From contig JBHLOC010000003.1 in NCBI GenBank assembly GCA_048940925.1, positions 1 to 64,000 of the forward strand: a stretch of 64,000 bases of DNA, written 5' to 3'. Of this stretch, positions 39,259 to 50,220 are shown one piece after another. This stretch comes from Promethearchaeota archaeon. Its GTDB lineage: Archaea; Asgardarchaeota; Lokiarchaeia; Sigyniarchaeales; SOKP01. Made by a program: the position numbers and the translations under genes. A model generated the notes under the pieces. The model saw only the letters and a list, made by a program, of their open reading frames with translations. It searched no databases and had not been told where the DNA came from. The number at the start of each line of letters is the position of its first letter. Position 1 is the stretch's first letter.

Positions 39259-41073
39259 TTATTCTTCACGCAATTCTCTTCTTAATATCTTTCCTATAAC
39301 AGATTTAGGTAATTCAGGGACGATTTCAATGTATCGTGGATATTTAAGTGGGCCGATATTGTCCTTACACCATTCCATTAAATCCTCTTCGGTGACTTTC
39401 CCTTGATATTCTGGTTTTAATGATATAAAAGCTTTGATGGTTTGAACTGCTTCTGGATCTGGCACACCAATCACCCCTACTTCATTTACGGCTTCATGCA
39501 TATATATGAGATCTTCAACCTCTCTTGGGAACACACCATGTCCTTTATATTTTATCATATCTCGCTTTCTATCTTTAATACGGATATATCCATTATTATC
39601 TATACACCCAATATCTGCAGTATAATACCATGGTATGCCTTTTGAATCCTCCCTTAAAGCAAACTCAGTATCTTCTTTTCTACCTAAATATCCTAACATA
39701 ATTTGAGGACCTGTTCCACATATTTCGCCAATATATTTAAATTCTTCCGAACCACAATTTTCACAGCTTTCATTTGGACATGGAGGTAGAATCGTTTTTC
39801 CGTCTTCAATATCAACAATCCTAACGTATGTATCTGGTAAGGGAAGACCAACACTGTTAATTCTAAAATTCTTAAATGGATTCAACGATAATACTGGTGA
39901 ACATTCTGACATACCATATCCTTCAATAATTAGAGCACTAGTTATCTCTTCAAATCTTTGCTTAACTTCTAACGGTAAAGCAGAAGCTGAACTTATACAG
40001 GCTATTAAAGAATCAAGTTTTCCTTTATATTTAATGGAATCCGGATCTTGATTAATTTTTATGTACAATGTAGGAACTCCAGGTATAAATGTAGCTTTTT
40101 CTTTCATCATTACTTTTAATATTTTTGATAATTTTTCAGGTGGACGAGGTAATAAAATTATTTTCCAACCTTCAAGTATTGCAACTGTCATTCCTATATT
40201 TCCATAAGCATGAGCTAAGGGTACAACTAATAATATCCCCCCTGTTCCTTTTGCATCTTCCATTTCAGTTAATTGCTTTGTGGCCCAGATGTCAGTTTGT
40301 TGTGCATTCACTACCATATTAAAATGAGATGTCATAACTCCTTTTGGAACTCCCGTGGTTCCCCCAGTATATATAAGAATAGCCGGATCATTCTTAATAT
40401 CGATATTTACGTTAGGAACATTGATAGGTATTCCCCTTTGTAAGACATCTTGGTATTTGTGGAATTTAATTTCACCTACTTTTTCTGGCCATACTTTCAT
40501 CCTAGGAACTTTACCTAAAAAGGTCCCGAGTTTTGCTTTTATATTAGGTAGATATTCTGCTAAACCGGTTAAAATAACTTTCTCTAATGTAGGCATCTTT
40601 CTTAAATCTTTCCCTAAAAGATATTCTTCATACAAGTAATCTAAGATAATCAAAATCTTAGCTTTTGAATCATTTACCTGATGAACAATTTCTATAAAGC
40701 GATTTACTGGAAGTATTGGATTAGATATGGCCCCAATTCGAACAATTGCCCAGTGAGCTATAATATATTGAGGAACATTTGGTAAATCGATACAAACAAC
40801 ATCCCCTTTTCTAATACCTAATTTAGAAAGCCCAGTAGCAAATTGATCTACAAGAATATCTAAATCTAAATATGTCATTCGAAAACCTTCAAAGAAAATC
40901 GCTTGAGAGTCAGGATATCTGTTAGCTGTTCTACTAAGAAGTTCTCCTAAAGGAATTTCATCATAATCATAATGTCGTGGGACGTGTTTTGGCCAATTTC
41001 GATCCATACCGTAAAATTTAAAGAGTTTTTCTTTATTCATTTCATTTAATTTCATTAGTTCTTCTTGACTCAT
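39259..41073 (-). CDS. Long-chain fatty acid-CoA ligase
   Basis: YTGGTTGVPKG, EGYGMSE, DRKRDMI, PKSVIGKILRR. Confidence 0.92.
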   Translation of the reverse strand: MSQEELMKLNEMNKEKLFKFYGMDRNWPKHVPRHYDYDEIPLGELLSRTANRYPDSQAIFFEGFRMTYLDLDILVDQFATGLSKLGIRKGDVVCIDLPNVPQYIIAHWAIVRIGAISNPILPVNRFIEIVHQVNDSKAKILIILDYLYEEYLLGKDLRKMPTLEKVILTGLAEYLPNIKAKLGTFLGKVPRMKVWPEKVGEIKFHKYQDVLQRGIPINVPNVNIDIKNDPAILIYTGGTTGVPKGVMTSHFNMVVNAQQTDIWATKQLTEMEDAKGTGGILLVVPLAHAYGNIGMTVAILEGWKIILLPRPPEKLSKILKVMMKEKATFIPGVPTLYIKINQDPDSIKYKGKLDSLIACISSASALPLEVKQRFEEITSALIIEGYGMSECSPVLSLNPFKNFRINSVGLPLPDTYVRIVDIEDGKTILPPCPNESCENCGSEEFKYIGEICGTGPQIMLGYLGRKEDTEFALREDSKGIPWYYTADIGCIDNNGYIRIKDRKRDMIKYKGHGVFPREVEDLIYMHEAVNEVGVIGVPDPEAVQTIKAFISLKPEYQGKVTEEDLMEWCKDNIGPLKYPRYIEIVPELPKSVIGKILRRELREE

Positions 41074-41186
41074 TTTGATCAGTTTTGATGTTTTTATGCG
41101 ATTTTATAATATTTATTTCTATTTAATATTATAAAAAAATTTGGAGTCAAAATCAGTTTATTTATTGCAGATAAGAAGTGTCATTA

Positions 41187-41624
41187 TTAGATATTCATCT
41201 TATATAAGTTCTTATTTGGGATAAAACTCATCATGATTAAATCATCTCTTATCTCCCAACCTAGATTTTGATAAAAACTAACTACTTCTTGATTATATTT
41301 TTCAATAAATAAGTGAATTTTGTGAGCCCCAATAATACGAAATCTTTCAATCAATTCATCCATTATCTTTTTACCATATCCTTTTTTTTGGTGATCCGGA
41401 TCTACTGCAAGATGGTGAACATAGCCTCTTCTCCCATCGAATCCCCCTATTACAACACATATGACTTTTTTGTGTAATTTTCCAATTAAAAAAAGATTTG
41501 GATTTCTCTGAAGCATTTTATTTATTTCTTGTCTTGTATCTGAGGAACCTACATTTATTCCTGCTTTCCTCCAGAGCTTAATAATTTCATCATATAAATC
41601 CATAGTATATTTTTCAATCTTCAT
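41187..41624 (-). CDS. GNAT acetyltransferase (YpeA-like)
   Basis: GFDGRRGYVHHLAVDPDHQKKGYG, FYQNLGW. Confidence 0.9.
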   Translation of the reverse strand: MKIEKYTMDLYDEIIKLWRKAGINVGSSDTRQEINKMLQRNPNLFLIGKLHKKVICVVIGGFDGRRGYVHHLAVDPDHQKKGYGKKIMDELIERFRIIGAHKIHLFIEKYNQEVVSFYQNLGWEIRDDLIMMSFIPNKNLYKMNI

Positions 41625-41911
41625 TTGCTATAATATTGAGAGGTTATATATTGTTAATTTATCAAGTTTTCATAATGATTTAAAAGATTCTAAAGATAGT
41701 TTTATGGGAGTTATTTAGCTTATATAGGAATTATCCAAAAAAATAAAAGCTAATGATCACTAATTTTTTGAACCATCATAGAATATATTAAAGTTTAAAA
41801 AATTTGGATTTTTTTGGAAATTCAAAAAGACTAGTATTACATGTTCAGAAAAATTTATTAATCTATGAGTTAAAGAGTGCTGAATAAATTAAAACAAGAG
41901 TGATATAATAA

Positions 41912-43504
41912 ATGAGTAATGAGATGAAAGTACTTGAAGATCTAGCAAAATTAACTGAGAAAGAATTTAATAAGAGAAACTATCTTGTAAAAAATGATTT
42001 TCTTTTTTGCTATTTTGTCGAAGACGAGTCTGTAAAATATCTCGGTATGGATTTAGCAAAACTAAACCTAGAAGAAAGAAACTTTGAACTCGTTGAAGAA
42101 TCTATTAAAAAACTTCAAAGGTTAAAAGGACTCAGCATCAGATATCCTAAAAATAGAGAATTTCCTGACTGGTTCAAAAAGTTTAAGGATATGGAATATT
42201 TAAGTTTGAAGAATACCAATTTGCACACCATACCTGAATGGATTAAAGAATTCAAGAAGATTAGCTATTTAAACTTAGAGTCCAATGATATTACTATTTT
42301 ACCTGAATGGTTAACAACTTTAAATGAGTTAAAAGAATTTCTAATACGAGGCAACTTTAACCTTGAGTGGAATGATAAGAATCTCAATATTCTAAAAACT
42401 CTTAATAATAAAAGTATAAAAATAACTGCTCCAAGGTTATTTCAATTTATAATTCAATATGATTTTGAACAAAACAAAATAGAAATAATTAAAGAACTCG
42501 AAAGGGAAAACTCTGAAAAAGAGAAGCAACATTATTATGTTAATCCTATTAACATTAAAATAGAACATGGAAATGTTGTTGAATGGCGAATGTTTCAATA
42601 CAACATTAAAGCTTTACCGGAAAACTTCGGAATCTTTAAAAATCTAAGATCCTTAACGATTTCCGGCACACCTATCGAATATTTACCTAATTCTTTCGGG
42701 GATTTAACAAATCTTAAGTTTCTTGATTTGTCTAATAATCGTCTTAAATCTCTGCCAGATTCATTTTCTAATTTAACCTTAATTACTAAATTAAATTTAA
42801 GCAATAATCAATTTACTGAGATTCCTACGGCTTTATGGGCTCTTAAAGAATTAACTGAATTGAATTTAAGTAACAATCCCCTTGGTACTGAGGAAAAAAA
42901 TATTATACAGAAAGTTCCTGATTTAATCAGAGAATATCTTAGAAAGAAAGCCACGATAAAAATTTTTATCTCTCATGCAGTTGTAGATTATGAACCCTAT
43001 CGCATAGGAGAGCTTGTAGAATATCTTAAAAAACAAAAAGAAATCTCAGAGGTCTTTTTTTGTGAAGAAGACCTTGCAGGAAATATCGATGAATGGATGT
43101 TGGATACAGTACAAAAATGCCAACTATTATTATTCATTGCAACAAAAAAGTCAGTGTTTGACTCAGAAGATTGTTCAAATGAATTACAGCTTGCCGACAA
43201 GTTCTCTATTCCAGTTATTCCTATAAAAGGTTATAATGTAGATTGGTCAGATTTAGCAGAAAGAAATCTTTCTCGTGAATTAGGCTTAGTATTTAATAAA
43301 GATAATTTTGATGCGTTTTGTGAGGATTTGTATAGATACATTGAGAATTTCAAGCGTGAGATTGATTTAATGGGGAAAGAAGAACGGAGACAAGGAATTA
43401 TTGACATCTATGAACGATTTCGATTAATTTTAGATGAAGCTCTAGGAGAAATCAACAGAAAATTAAATACACTGGAAGAAAGAATTACAAAACTAGAAAG
43501 ATAA
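41912..43504 (+). CDS. Leucine-rich repeat + TIR domain protein
   Basis: LxxLxLxxNxLxxLP repeats; TIR IFISH...SEDCSNEL...IPVIPI; C-terminal coiled helix. Confidence 0.88.
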   Translation: MSNEMKVLEDLAKLTEKEFNKRNYLVKNDFLFCYFVEDESVKYLGMDLAKLNLEERNFELVEESIKKLQRLKGLSIRYPKNREFPDWFKKFKDMEYLSLKNTNLHTIPEWIKEFKKISYLNLESNDITILPEWLTTLNELKEFLIRGNFNLEWNDKNLNILKTLNNKSIKITAPRLFQFIIQYDFEQNKIEIIKELERENSEKEKQHYYVNPINIKIEHGNVVEWRMFQYNIKALPENFGIFKNLRSLTISGTPIEYLPNSFGDLTNLKFLDLSNNRLKSLPDSFSNLTLITKLNLSNNQFTEIPTALWALKELTELNLSNNPLGTEEKNIIQKVPDLIREYLRKKATIKIFISHAVVDYEPYRIGELVEYLKKQKEISEVFFCEEDLAGNIDEWMLDTVQKCQLLLFIATKKSVFDSEDCSNELQLADKFSIPVIPIKGYNVDWSDLAERNLSRELGLVFNKDNFDAFCEDLYRYIENFKREIDLMGKEERRQGIIDIYERFRLILDEALGEINRKLNTLEERITKLER

Positions 43505-43560
43505 TATAGTTAATTTCAAATAAAAACTTTATTTTATACTTAGCCTGAAAAATTGATTCT

Positions 43561-45636
43561 TTATAATTGTATGGATAAATTGCTAATTTTCTTTCTAATT
43601 TCAGTTTTATCTTTAATAATTTTCTTGATATAGTCTGAAATTTCTATTCTTTTATTAATATCAGTGGGGATTGGCAATATCACTTTCATTATACGATTTC
43701 CTATAGTAGCAATTGTCCCTTGAATGAAAGTGATTGCCAGAATCTGTTTTTGAACAATATCCAAATTCAAGAGGTATAAAAGAAGGTAAGAATCAATATA
43801 TTCTTTATTCTCTAATACTTTTATTTGGAAAATATGGCTTTGAGTTATTATTTTTGTATCTAATTCGGTAATATAAGCTGTTTTCCCTATTAAATTAGGA
43901 CCTCCATCTTTAACTAATAGGATGTCCCCAACTTCTATATTTTGCTTATTCTTATATTGTTCATATACTTCTTCACTCGTTTTTTTGTATGAATCTAAGT
44001 TTATTTCCCAGTTATTAATTTCACTCGTTCGAATGAAAGGGATTTTTCCAAGACCATAAAGGTGAGAACCAATTTCATCCCCTCGAGGAAGATATCCTCC
44101 TTTATTAGTATAGATGATTTTCTTTTCAACTAAATCTTTAATAGTTACTAGTTCAAACTCTTTATTATTTGAAAGTGTCTTTAAAGTCTTTTCCACTCCA
44201 GTATAGTACATTGGTATGAAAATTTTATTGTTAATCTCCCTATACTTTATCTTAAATACTTTTTGCTCTTTTGAATAATCAAATTCTTCAGCTTCCTCTA
44301 ACTTTAAATGTAAATCTATTAAATCATCATTAACAATTGGTTTTCCTTCATTATCCAATAGTTTACTTCCATCATTATTTAGTTTATATAGAAGCTTTCC
44401 GTCTTTATCATGTCCTACATTTTCAACTATAGCAAAATCTATAGTATAATCATTTGGGATATCTTTTAACTTCTGAAAAAACAGGATACTTGTTTTATTG
44501 CATGTATATGGTTGAAAAGTATTTTGATCTAATGAAATAATTCCTAATATTTTACCATTTGAGACTAAATATTCCCAAATATAACGTTCAGAAGGATTTC
44601 CAAAAATTCCTTCTGGTAAGACAATGCCTAATTTACCATTATTTTTAAGAAGTTGAATGCATCTTTCAATAAATAACACTTGAGGGGGCTGTTGTTTGAC
44701 CAATTTCTCTTGCATTTCCCATTTATTATTAATATCTCTCCAGGTGTGACCTAATTTATAATTTTTAAGGATTTCTTTATCATTTAAGGGAATCTTTGCT
44801 CCAAAAGGAGGATTAGTAAAAATAAATTCAAATGAATTATCTTGAATGGCTTGTTTTGCTTTAACTCTATAACTTTCCGGATCTAAGGAGTCCTCACAAA
44901 AAATATTTGACTTACCTCCACTTAATACGTCCAAGTATAATTTAGCAATTTTTGAGAGAAATAAATCTTTATCTATACCATATAGATTCCTGATAATCTT
45001 AAGTTTGCTTTCTTCAGAATCTAATTTTGACCATAAATGATCTTGAGCTTCAAGCAAGAATCCTCCATGCCCACATGCAGGATCCAAAATTCTTGAATTA
45101 AGTTCAGGATTTAAATAATTTACCATAAATTTTACAACATTTGGAGGAGTAAAAAATTGACCTCCTTCATCTTTTAATATTTTACTTACAAAAATCTCAA
45201 AAGCATCACTTAAAATATCTTTAGATGATTGAAGGAGAGAAATGTGTTGTAATTCTTTTACTATTAAATAAACAAGGTCTTGATTTAAGTTGATTTGGTC
45301 ATTATTATCAAAAAACTCATAATATTTTTTTCTAACTTTTACTTCAAAAAAAGAATTTATTCTTTCAAAAAAATCAGTTTTCTGTTCTCCATCTTTTATA
45401 CAAAATTCTACCTCTTCGTAAGGTTTTTTACCAATTTCATCAACCAACTTGCAAAGCAAAAGATTAATCATTTGCTTTGAACGTGTTCTTGTGTCAGTAT
45501 CAGTATATTTCAGTTTACCATATAAGTGTTGATTTATTAAGTTGAATATTTTTTTTAAATTAGTTGATGGTACTAAATCTTTTTTCTTTAATCCTTTAGA
45601 TTTCTTCTCTACAAAATCAGTAATTTTAATTGGCAT
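43561..45636 (-). CDS. N6-adenine DNA methyltransferase with fused target-recognition (S-like) domain
   Basis: GQFFTP, ILDPACGHGGFL, NPPF, IVLPEG; C-terminal PFIRTS, GDILL, IPIP-like. Confidence 0.88.
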   Translation of the reverse strand: MPIKITDFVEKKSKGLKKKDLVPSTNLKKIFNLINQHLYGKLKYTDTDTRTRSKQMINLLLCKLVDEIGKKPYEEVEFCIKDGEQKTDFFERINSFFEVKVRKKYYEFFDNNDQINLNQDLVYLIVKELQHISLLQSSKDILSDAFEIFVSKILKDEGGQFFTPPNVVKFMVNYLNPELNSRILDPACGHGGFLLEAQDHLWSKLDSEESKLKIIRNLYGIDKDLFLSKIAKLYLDVLSGGKSNIFCEDSLDPESYRVKAKQAIQDNSFEFIFTNPPFGAKIPLNDKEILKNYKLGHTWRDINNKWEMQEKLVKQQPPQVLFIERCIQLLKNNGKLGIVLPEGIFGNPSERYIWEYLVSNGKILGIISLDQNTFQPYTCNKTSILFFQKLKDIPNDYTIDFAIVENVGHDKDGKLLYKLNNDGSKLLDNEGKPIVNDDLIDLHLKLEEAEEFDYSKEQKVFKIKYREINNKIFIPMYYTGVEKTLKTLSNNKEFELVTIKDLVEKKIIYTNKGGYLPRGDEIGSHLYGLGKIPFIRTSEINNWEINLDSYKKTSEEVYEQYKNKQNIEVGDILLVKDGGPNLIGKTAYITELDTKIITQSHIFQIKVLENKEYIDSYLLLYLLNLDIVQKQILAITFIQGTIATIGNRIMKVILPIPTDINKRIEISDYIKKIIKDKTEIRKKISNLSIQL

Positions 45637-45747
45637 TTGATATGAATTTTAAGTGTAAACCTTTCATTCAACTTTTATATCTCTATTATTCATTAATATT
45701 GAATGAATTTATTATTCTTTTTTATTAAGTAAAAATTAAGGTTAATT

Positions 45748-46533
45748 ATGTCTTCAAATCATTTAGAATTTGGTGAATATATAGAATTTTACATAAAGAA
45801 ACGTTTTGGAATTATAAACTTAAACAGAGTTCATAGATCTAATGCATTTACTATTGAACAATTAGAAAATTTAAAGAAAGCCGTAGAATATTGCCAGAAA
45901 AATGAAAAAATTAGAGGTTTGATTTTAACAAATAATGGGAATTCTTTTAGTACAGGAATAGATATAGGAGCTATTAATGGAAGTGATCACGATGCTGTAA
46001 AATATTTAGAATCAACTGCAGCAACCATCTGTAAATTATTATATAATGGCAAACCAGCCATATGCGCAATTAATGGAAGAACAATGGGAGAAGGAGTAGT
46101 TTTTGCGATTTCTTGTGATTATCGAATTGCTACGAAAGGAAGCTTTTTCCAAATGCCAGAAATCTATTCAGGAATTTTTACTGGTACTGGATGTATAATT
46201 CTCTTTTCAAAAATAATCGGAATTTCGTGGACAAAAAAAATGTGTATGTTTGGTGAGAAAGTAAGTTCCCAGAAGGCGTTAAAAATAGGTTTAATTGATC
46301 AAATTGTCGAAAATAAAACTGAAGCAATGGAAATAGCCTTGGAAAAAGCAAGATTTCTCTTTACAAAAAATCAGACTGTTTTAAATGCTATCAAATTATG
46401 TAGTAATCATTTACATGATAGATCTTTTTATAATGCTTATGAGTTAGAAAAAAAAGGTTCTGCTTGGTATGAATATGAAGATCCCGAAGCACTCCTTAAA
46501 ATGTTTAGAGAAAACTTTAATTGGAACACATGA
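45748..46533 (+). CDS. Enoyl-CoA hydratase/isomerase family
   Basis: LNR..NAF, FSTGIDI, AING..GEG, CDYRIA, MPE. Confidence 0.85.
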   Translation: MSSNHLEFGEYIEFYIKKRFGIINLNRVHRSNAFTIEQLENLKKAVEYCQKNEKIRGLILTNNGNSFSTGIDIGAINGSDHDAVKYLESTAATICKLLYNGKPAICAINGRTMGEGVVFAISCDYRIATKGSFFQMPEIYSGIFTGTGCIILFSKIIGISWTKKMCMFGEKVSSQKALKIGLIDQIVENKTEAMEIALEKARFLFTKNQTVLNAIKLCSNHLHDRSFYNAYELEKKGSAWYEYEDPEALLKMFRENFNWNT

Positions 46534-46582
46534 TAAATTTAATTGCTTTGGATTAATTTTTTTTTTATTCCAATAAAAAAAC

Positions 46583-48283
46583 ATGAAGATGAATGAAATG
46601 TCTTGGGAAGAATATAATCAATATCCTCATACAATTGTAGGTGTTATTGAAAAATGGGCGAAAGAACGACCTAATAAAATTGCTATAATCATATATGATA
46701 CTGAAAAAAAATATACATTTATAGATTTTAATAATGCTATTACTGCTATGGCATTTAAATTATATAATATGGGTTTCAGAAAGGGTGATATCATTACTAC
46801 TTCCCTCCCATTTTTGTACGAACATATTGTCTTAGGATATGCTTGTGCAAAACTTGGAGTTATGTGGACACCATTTGATTTACGCTTAAAACCTCCAGAA
46901 ATAATGAGAAATTTAAGTTTGCTAAAAGAAAAATGCAAAATGTTTTGTCATCTTGGAAAAACTTCACTAGCAAATTTTGGATTAATAGGAGCCGCTGTAA
47001 AAAAGAATAATCCGTGGTTAGAATATGTTGTCCAATTTAGCACGCCTGATGATAAATATAGAGCGGGGATCATTCCTGCATATCAAATAGCTAAAGAAGC
47101 TCAAGATGAGATTCTAGACGCAATGAAAAATCCTGATTTAATGAAACCATTTATGGAAGAGTGTGCGAAAGTAGGAAAAGATGATCCCATTATGATTATC
47201 TTTACTACAGGATCTACAGGATATCCAAAACCTGCTATGTTAACTAATAAAAGTATTACTTGTCAAAATATGTGTCTTTCAAAAGGTTTTAATGTTGATG
47301 AAAATGACAAAATGCTAGTTAATCTCCCTCCTTCTCATGTAGGTGGGACCACTGAACAATTTATGACTCCTATGTTTATTGGGGGTACATGTGTTGTTTT
47401 ACATATTTTTGATGCTGAAAAAACACTAGATGCTATTCAGAAGTATAAAGTAACTACGTTTGGTCAGATACCGGCAATGTTCGTCATGCAATGGAGGTTA
47501 CCTAATTACAATGATTATGATTTAAGTTCCTTAAAATTTGCTTTGTATGGAGGTCAAGCAGTAGATAGACCATTCTTAGAAAGGTTATCAAGTATGGCTC
47601 CTAAATTTGGTAGTGGGTTTGGGTTGACAGAAAGTTCTGGTTTCTGCACATTCACACCATTAGATGGAACTGTTGATGATATTCTAGCAGGTATTGGAGA
47701 AGATTATCCAATTTACCCGATGAGCATCAGAAAACCCATGAAAGAAGATAATTCATCTGGAGATGAAGTACCTGATGGAGAAATTGGTGAAATATGTTTT
47801 CAAGGTCCTCAAAATTTCTTAGGATATTTTGGAAATGAACAAGCTACACGAGAAACTTTATCAAATGATGGAGTTCTTTATACTGGAGATATGGGTTATA
47901 AAGATGATAAAGGATTGCATTTATCTGGAAGAAGGAAATACTTAATTAAGCCAAAAGGCTTTCAAGTTTTTCCACCGGAAGTTGAAGCTTTTATAGCTGA
48001 AATTCCACAAGTCGAATTTGTAGGAGTTATTGGGGAAAAACATGAAGTTTTCACAGAAGGGATTGTAGCTTATATTAAAGTTAGAGAAGGTCAAATACTA
48101 ACCCAGGAAGAGGTTTATGAGCATTGTAAAGGTATAGCGGCATATAAGAGGCCGTCTTTAGTAGTGTTTTTGGATGAATTCCCATTAAATAGAGTTGCAA
48201 AAACTGATTATGTTGCATTGAAAGACCGCGTAGAAAAAGATATTGAAGAAGCTAGGGCTAAGGGTGGCTGGGATGCATCATAA
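46583..48283 (+). CDS. Acyl-CoA synthetase (ANL family)
   Basis: FTTGSTGYPK, GFGLTE, YTGDMG, AYKRP. Confidence 0.9.
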   Translation: MKMNEMSWEEYNQYPHTIVGVIEKWAKERPNKIAIIIYDTEKKYTFIDFNNAITAMAFKLYNMGFRKGDIITTSLPFLYEHIVLGYACAKLGVMWTPFDLRLKPPEIMRNLSLLKEKCKMFCHLGKTSLANFGLIGAAVKKNNPWLEYVVQFSTPDDKYRAGIIPAYQIAKEAQDEILDAMKNPDLMKPFMEECAKVGKDDPIMIIFTTGSTGYPKPAMLTNKSITCQNMCLSKGFNVDENDKMLVNLPPSHVGGTTEQFMTPMFIGGTCVVLHIFDAEKTLDAIQKYKVTTFGQIPAMFVMQWRLPNYNDYDLSSLKFALYGGQAVDRPFLERLSSMAPKFGSGFGLTESSGFCTFTPLDGTVDDILAGIGEDYPIYPMSIRKPMKEDNSSGDEVPDGEIGEICFQGPQNFLGYFGNEQATRETLSNDGVLYTGDMGYKDDKGLHLSGRRKYLIKPKGFQVFPPEVEAFIAEIPQVEFVGVIGEKHEVFTEGIVAYIKVREGQILTQEEVYEHCKGIAAYKRPSLVVFLDEFPLNRVAKTDYVALKDRVEKDIEEARAKGGWDAS

Positions 48284-48502
48284 TGTATAAATTCTTGATT
48301 TTAATTTATATTAGAACTATTCTTATGTAAAAGAAATTTCTAAATAATTCTTTGAAATTGCGAAATCTTAAAATCTAAATGTTGTTTATAAAACTTAGTT
48401 ATCAATTGATAATAGACCTAATACAAATAACATAAAAGAAGAACAAGGGATTTAAGCCCCTAATAAGAAAAAATATTTAAAACGCAGATAAGGTGAAGAA
48501 AA

Positions 48503-48787
48503 TTGCCTAAAGAAGATGATTCAAAAGTTTTTATTGGTAGAAAGAAGACGATGAGCTATGTTATGGCTGCTATGGTTGTTCTAAATGAAAAACCAGTCAG
48601 ATTATTAGCGCGTGGTCGTTCAATTTCACGAGCAGTTGATGTTGCAGAGATATTGATAAATAAATTTATCAATGGAAGTACTTATGGAGAAATTTTGATT
48701 GGAACTGAAACTGTGACTAATCAAGATGGAAGTACAAGTAATGTTTCCTCCATTGAGATTGAAATTCTTCCACCAAAGAAGAAATAA
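48503..48787 (+). CDS. albA: DNA/RNA-binding protein Alba
   Basis: VFIGRK..MSYV, ARGRSISRAVDVAE, VSSIEI; GGTGA SD before TTG. Confidence 0.93.
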   Translation: MPKEDDSKVFIGRKKTMSYVMAAMVVLNEKPVRLLARGRSISRAVDVAEILINKFINGSTYGEILIGTETVTNQDGSTSNVSSIEIEILPPKKK

Positions 48788-48804
48788 AAGAAAAATCTAA
48801 AAAA

Positions 48805-48845
48805 ATACAGGAGAAAATCAGGAGACTTTCTCGTATCTTTTTTTT
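48805..48845 (+). terminator. Stem-loop plus T-tract after alba
   Basis: ATAC-AG-GAGAAA ... TTTCTC-GTAT followed by T8. Confidence 0.5.
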
Positions 48846-48868
48846 CATATTATTTTTAAAAAGTTTTA

Positions 48869-49741
48869 TTATTTAGATATGAATTTGTAATGGTTTTCAT
48901 CTATAATTGGACGATAACCTACTTTTTGGTATATGCTGTTTGAAGTAGGATTACTTAAATCTGTAAAAAGAAAGCAATATTTGTTTCCTTCTTCTAAGAG
49001 TTTTTTACTTAATTTTGCAACGCATTCAGTTGCATATCCTCTTCTTCTCAAGGAGGGGGGCGTATATACTAGATTAATAGCATTTCCATTAGGTGTTTTA
49101 CCAGCTTTCCTTGCCATTGAAACAGGTTTATCATTATCAAAGAGTAAAAAGATTTTACTCGTCTCATTCTCAAATTCAACCTTGAAATTACTAATATTTC
49201 GATTTACTTCTTCTTCAGTGATATCAATTAAAGCTTCAGTTAACATTTCTTTCGCCCATTTAAGTACTAGTGATTGATAACGTTTGGTGGCAACAGAAAA
49301 TTGCCTATCTCCAATTGTTTCTTCTGAGACTTTTACTAATTCATAAATTCTTTCTTTTCTTAACAACTGTGATTTTAAAGAATTTTTTTTACACCATAAT
49401 TTCATAAATTTATCTGCTGCTTCGCTGAAGCTTAAAACTCCAGGTAACTTTTCATTTGCTTTTTTAAGTCCTTCTACTAATATATCAATACACTCAATCT
49501 TATCCGTATAAGATATGAGGAGATCATGAGGAGGTGTTCTTAGAGCTATTAAATTTATCCTATTACCTTCCATTATTGTAATTAAACGGGGATGCTCATC
49601 TCCATATCTATGAAAATTCTCCTTTAGAGAATTAAGAATTGATAAGAGAAGTCCATTTTCAACCTCTCGTTTAAGTAAGAAAGGAGTAGCTAAATCGTAA
49701 AAAGTATTTATATCATTGTAAAAACTTGCTTCCATATTCAT
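48869..49741 (-). CDS. GNAT acetyltransferase
   Basis: VYTPPSLRRRGYA, LFTDLSNPTSNSIYQKVGY. Confidence 0.9.
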   Translation of the reverse strand: MNMEASFYNDINTFYDLATPFLLKREVENGLLLSILNSLKENFHRYGDEHPRLITIMEGNRINLIALRTPPHDLLISYTDKIECIDILVEGLKKANEKLPGVLSFSEAADKFMKLWCKKNSLKSQLLRKERIYELVKVSEETIGDRQFSVATKRYQSLVLKWAKEMLTEALIDITEEEVNRNISNFKVEFENETSKIFLLFDNDKPVSMARKAGKTPNGNAINLVYTPPSLRRRGYATECVAKLSKKLLEEGNKYCFLFTDLSNPTSNSIYQKVGYRPIIDENHYKFISK

Positions 49742-49795
49742 TTAAGAAGATATTGTATTTAAAAAAGCTTCTTATTAGGATGTCATATTTTAACT

Positions 49796-50095
49796 TTAAA
49801 GATCTTGTTTTAAGGCTTCTAGTTTCCTGACAACCTCATCAATATTTGATTTGGTAGCAGATTTATTGCTTAATTTGTTAACTAAATTGATGAAATCTTT
49901 GATTATTGGATGCTCAATTATATTACATTTTTGATTCATGGTGTTCACCTCTAAAATAAGAGCAGATTCAAGTATTTCTCCCATCCCTATGACATCTTTG
50001 AGAATTAATTCGTTTTCTTCATTGTAAGATAAGATGACAATATCTTCTAATATCTGAGACCCATCATTTTTCCTAATTATCTTAAATTCACACAT
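49796..50095 (-). CDS. CooT-like nickel-binding protein
   Basis: N-terminal MCE, ILEDIV, L.DVIG pattern; GAGGAG SD. Confidence 0.65.
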   Translation of the reverse strand: MCEFKIIRKNDGSQILEDIVILSYNEENELILKDVIGMGEILESALILEVNTMNQKCNIIEHPIIKDFINLVNKLSNKSATKSNIDEVVRKLEALKQDL

Positions 50096-50220
50096 TTAAT
50101 GTTCTCCTCTTAATTAGTAAAAAAATTTCTAATACAATATAAAAAATAATGTATTTATATTAAATTTTCATTCATTTTATCAGAAATCTAAATTAAAAAT
50201 GAATCACTAACTTAAATGAC

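Noticed and set aside
48805-48845. SECIS or ncRNA after alba
   Set aside because: No in-frame TGA selenoprotein candidate nearby; hairpin plus T-tract fits a terminator.
48503-49741. Functional link between Alba and the adjacent GNAT (Alba acetylation)
   Set aside because: Convergent orientation and several GNATs in the window; adjacency alone is not evidence.
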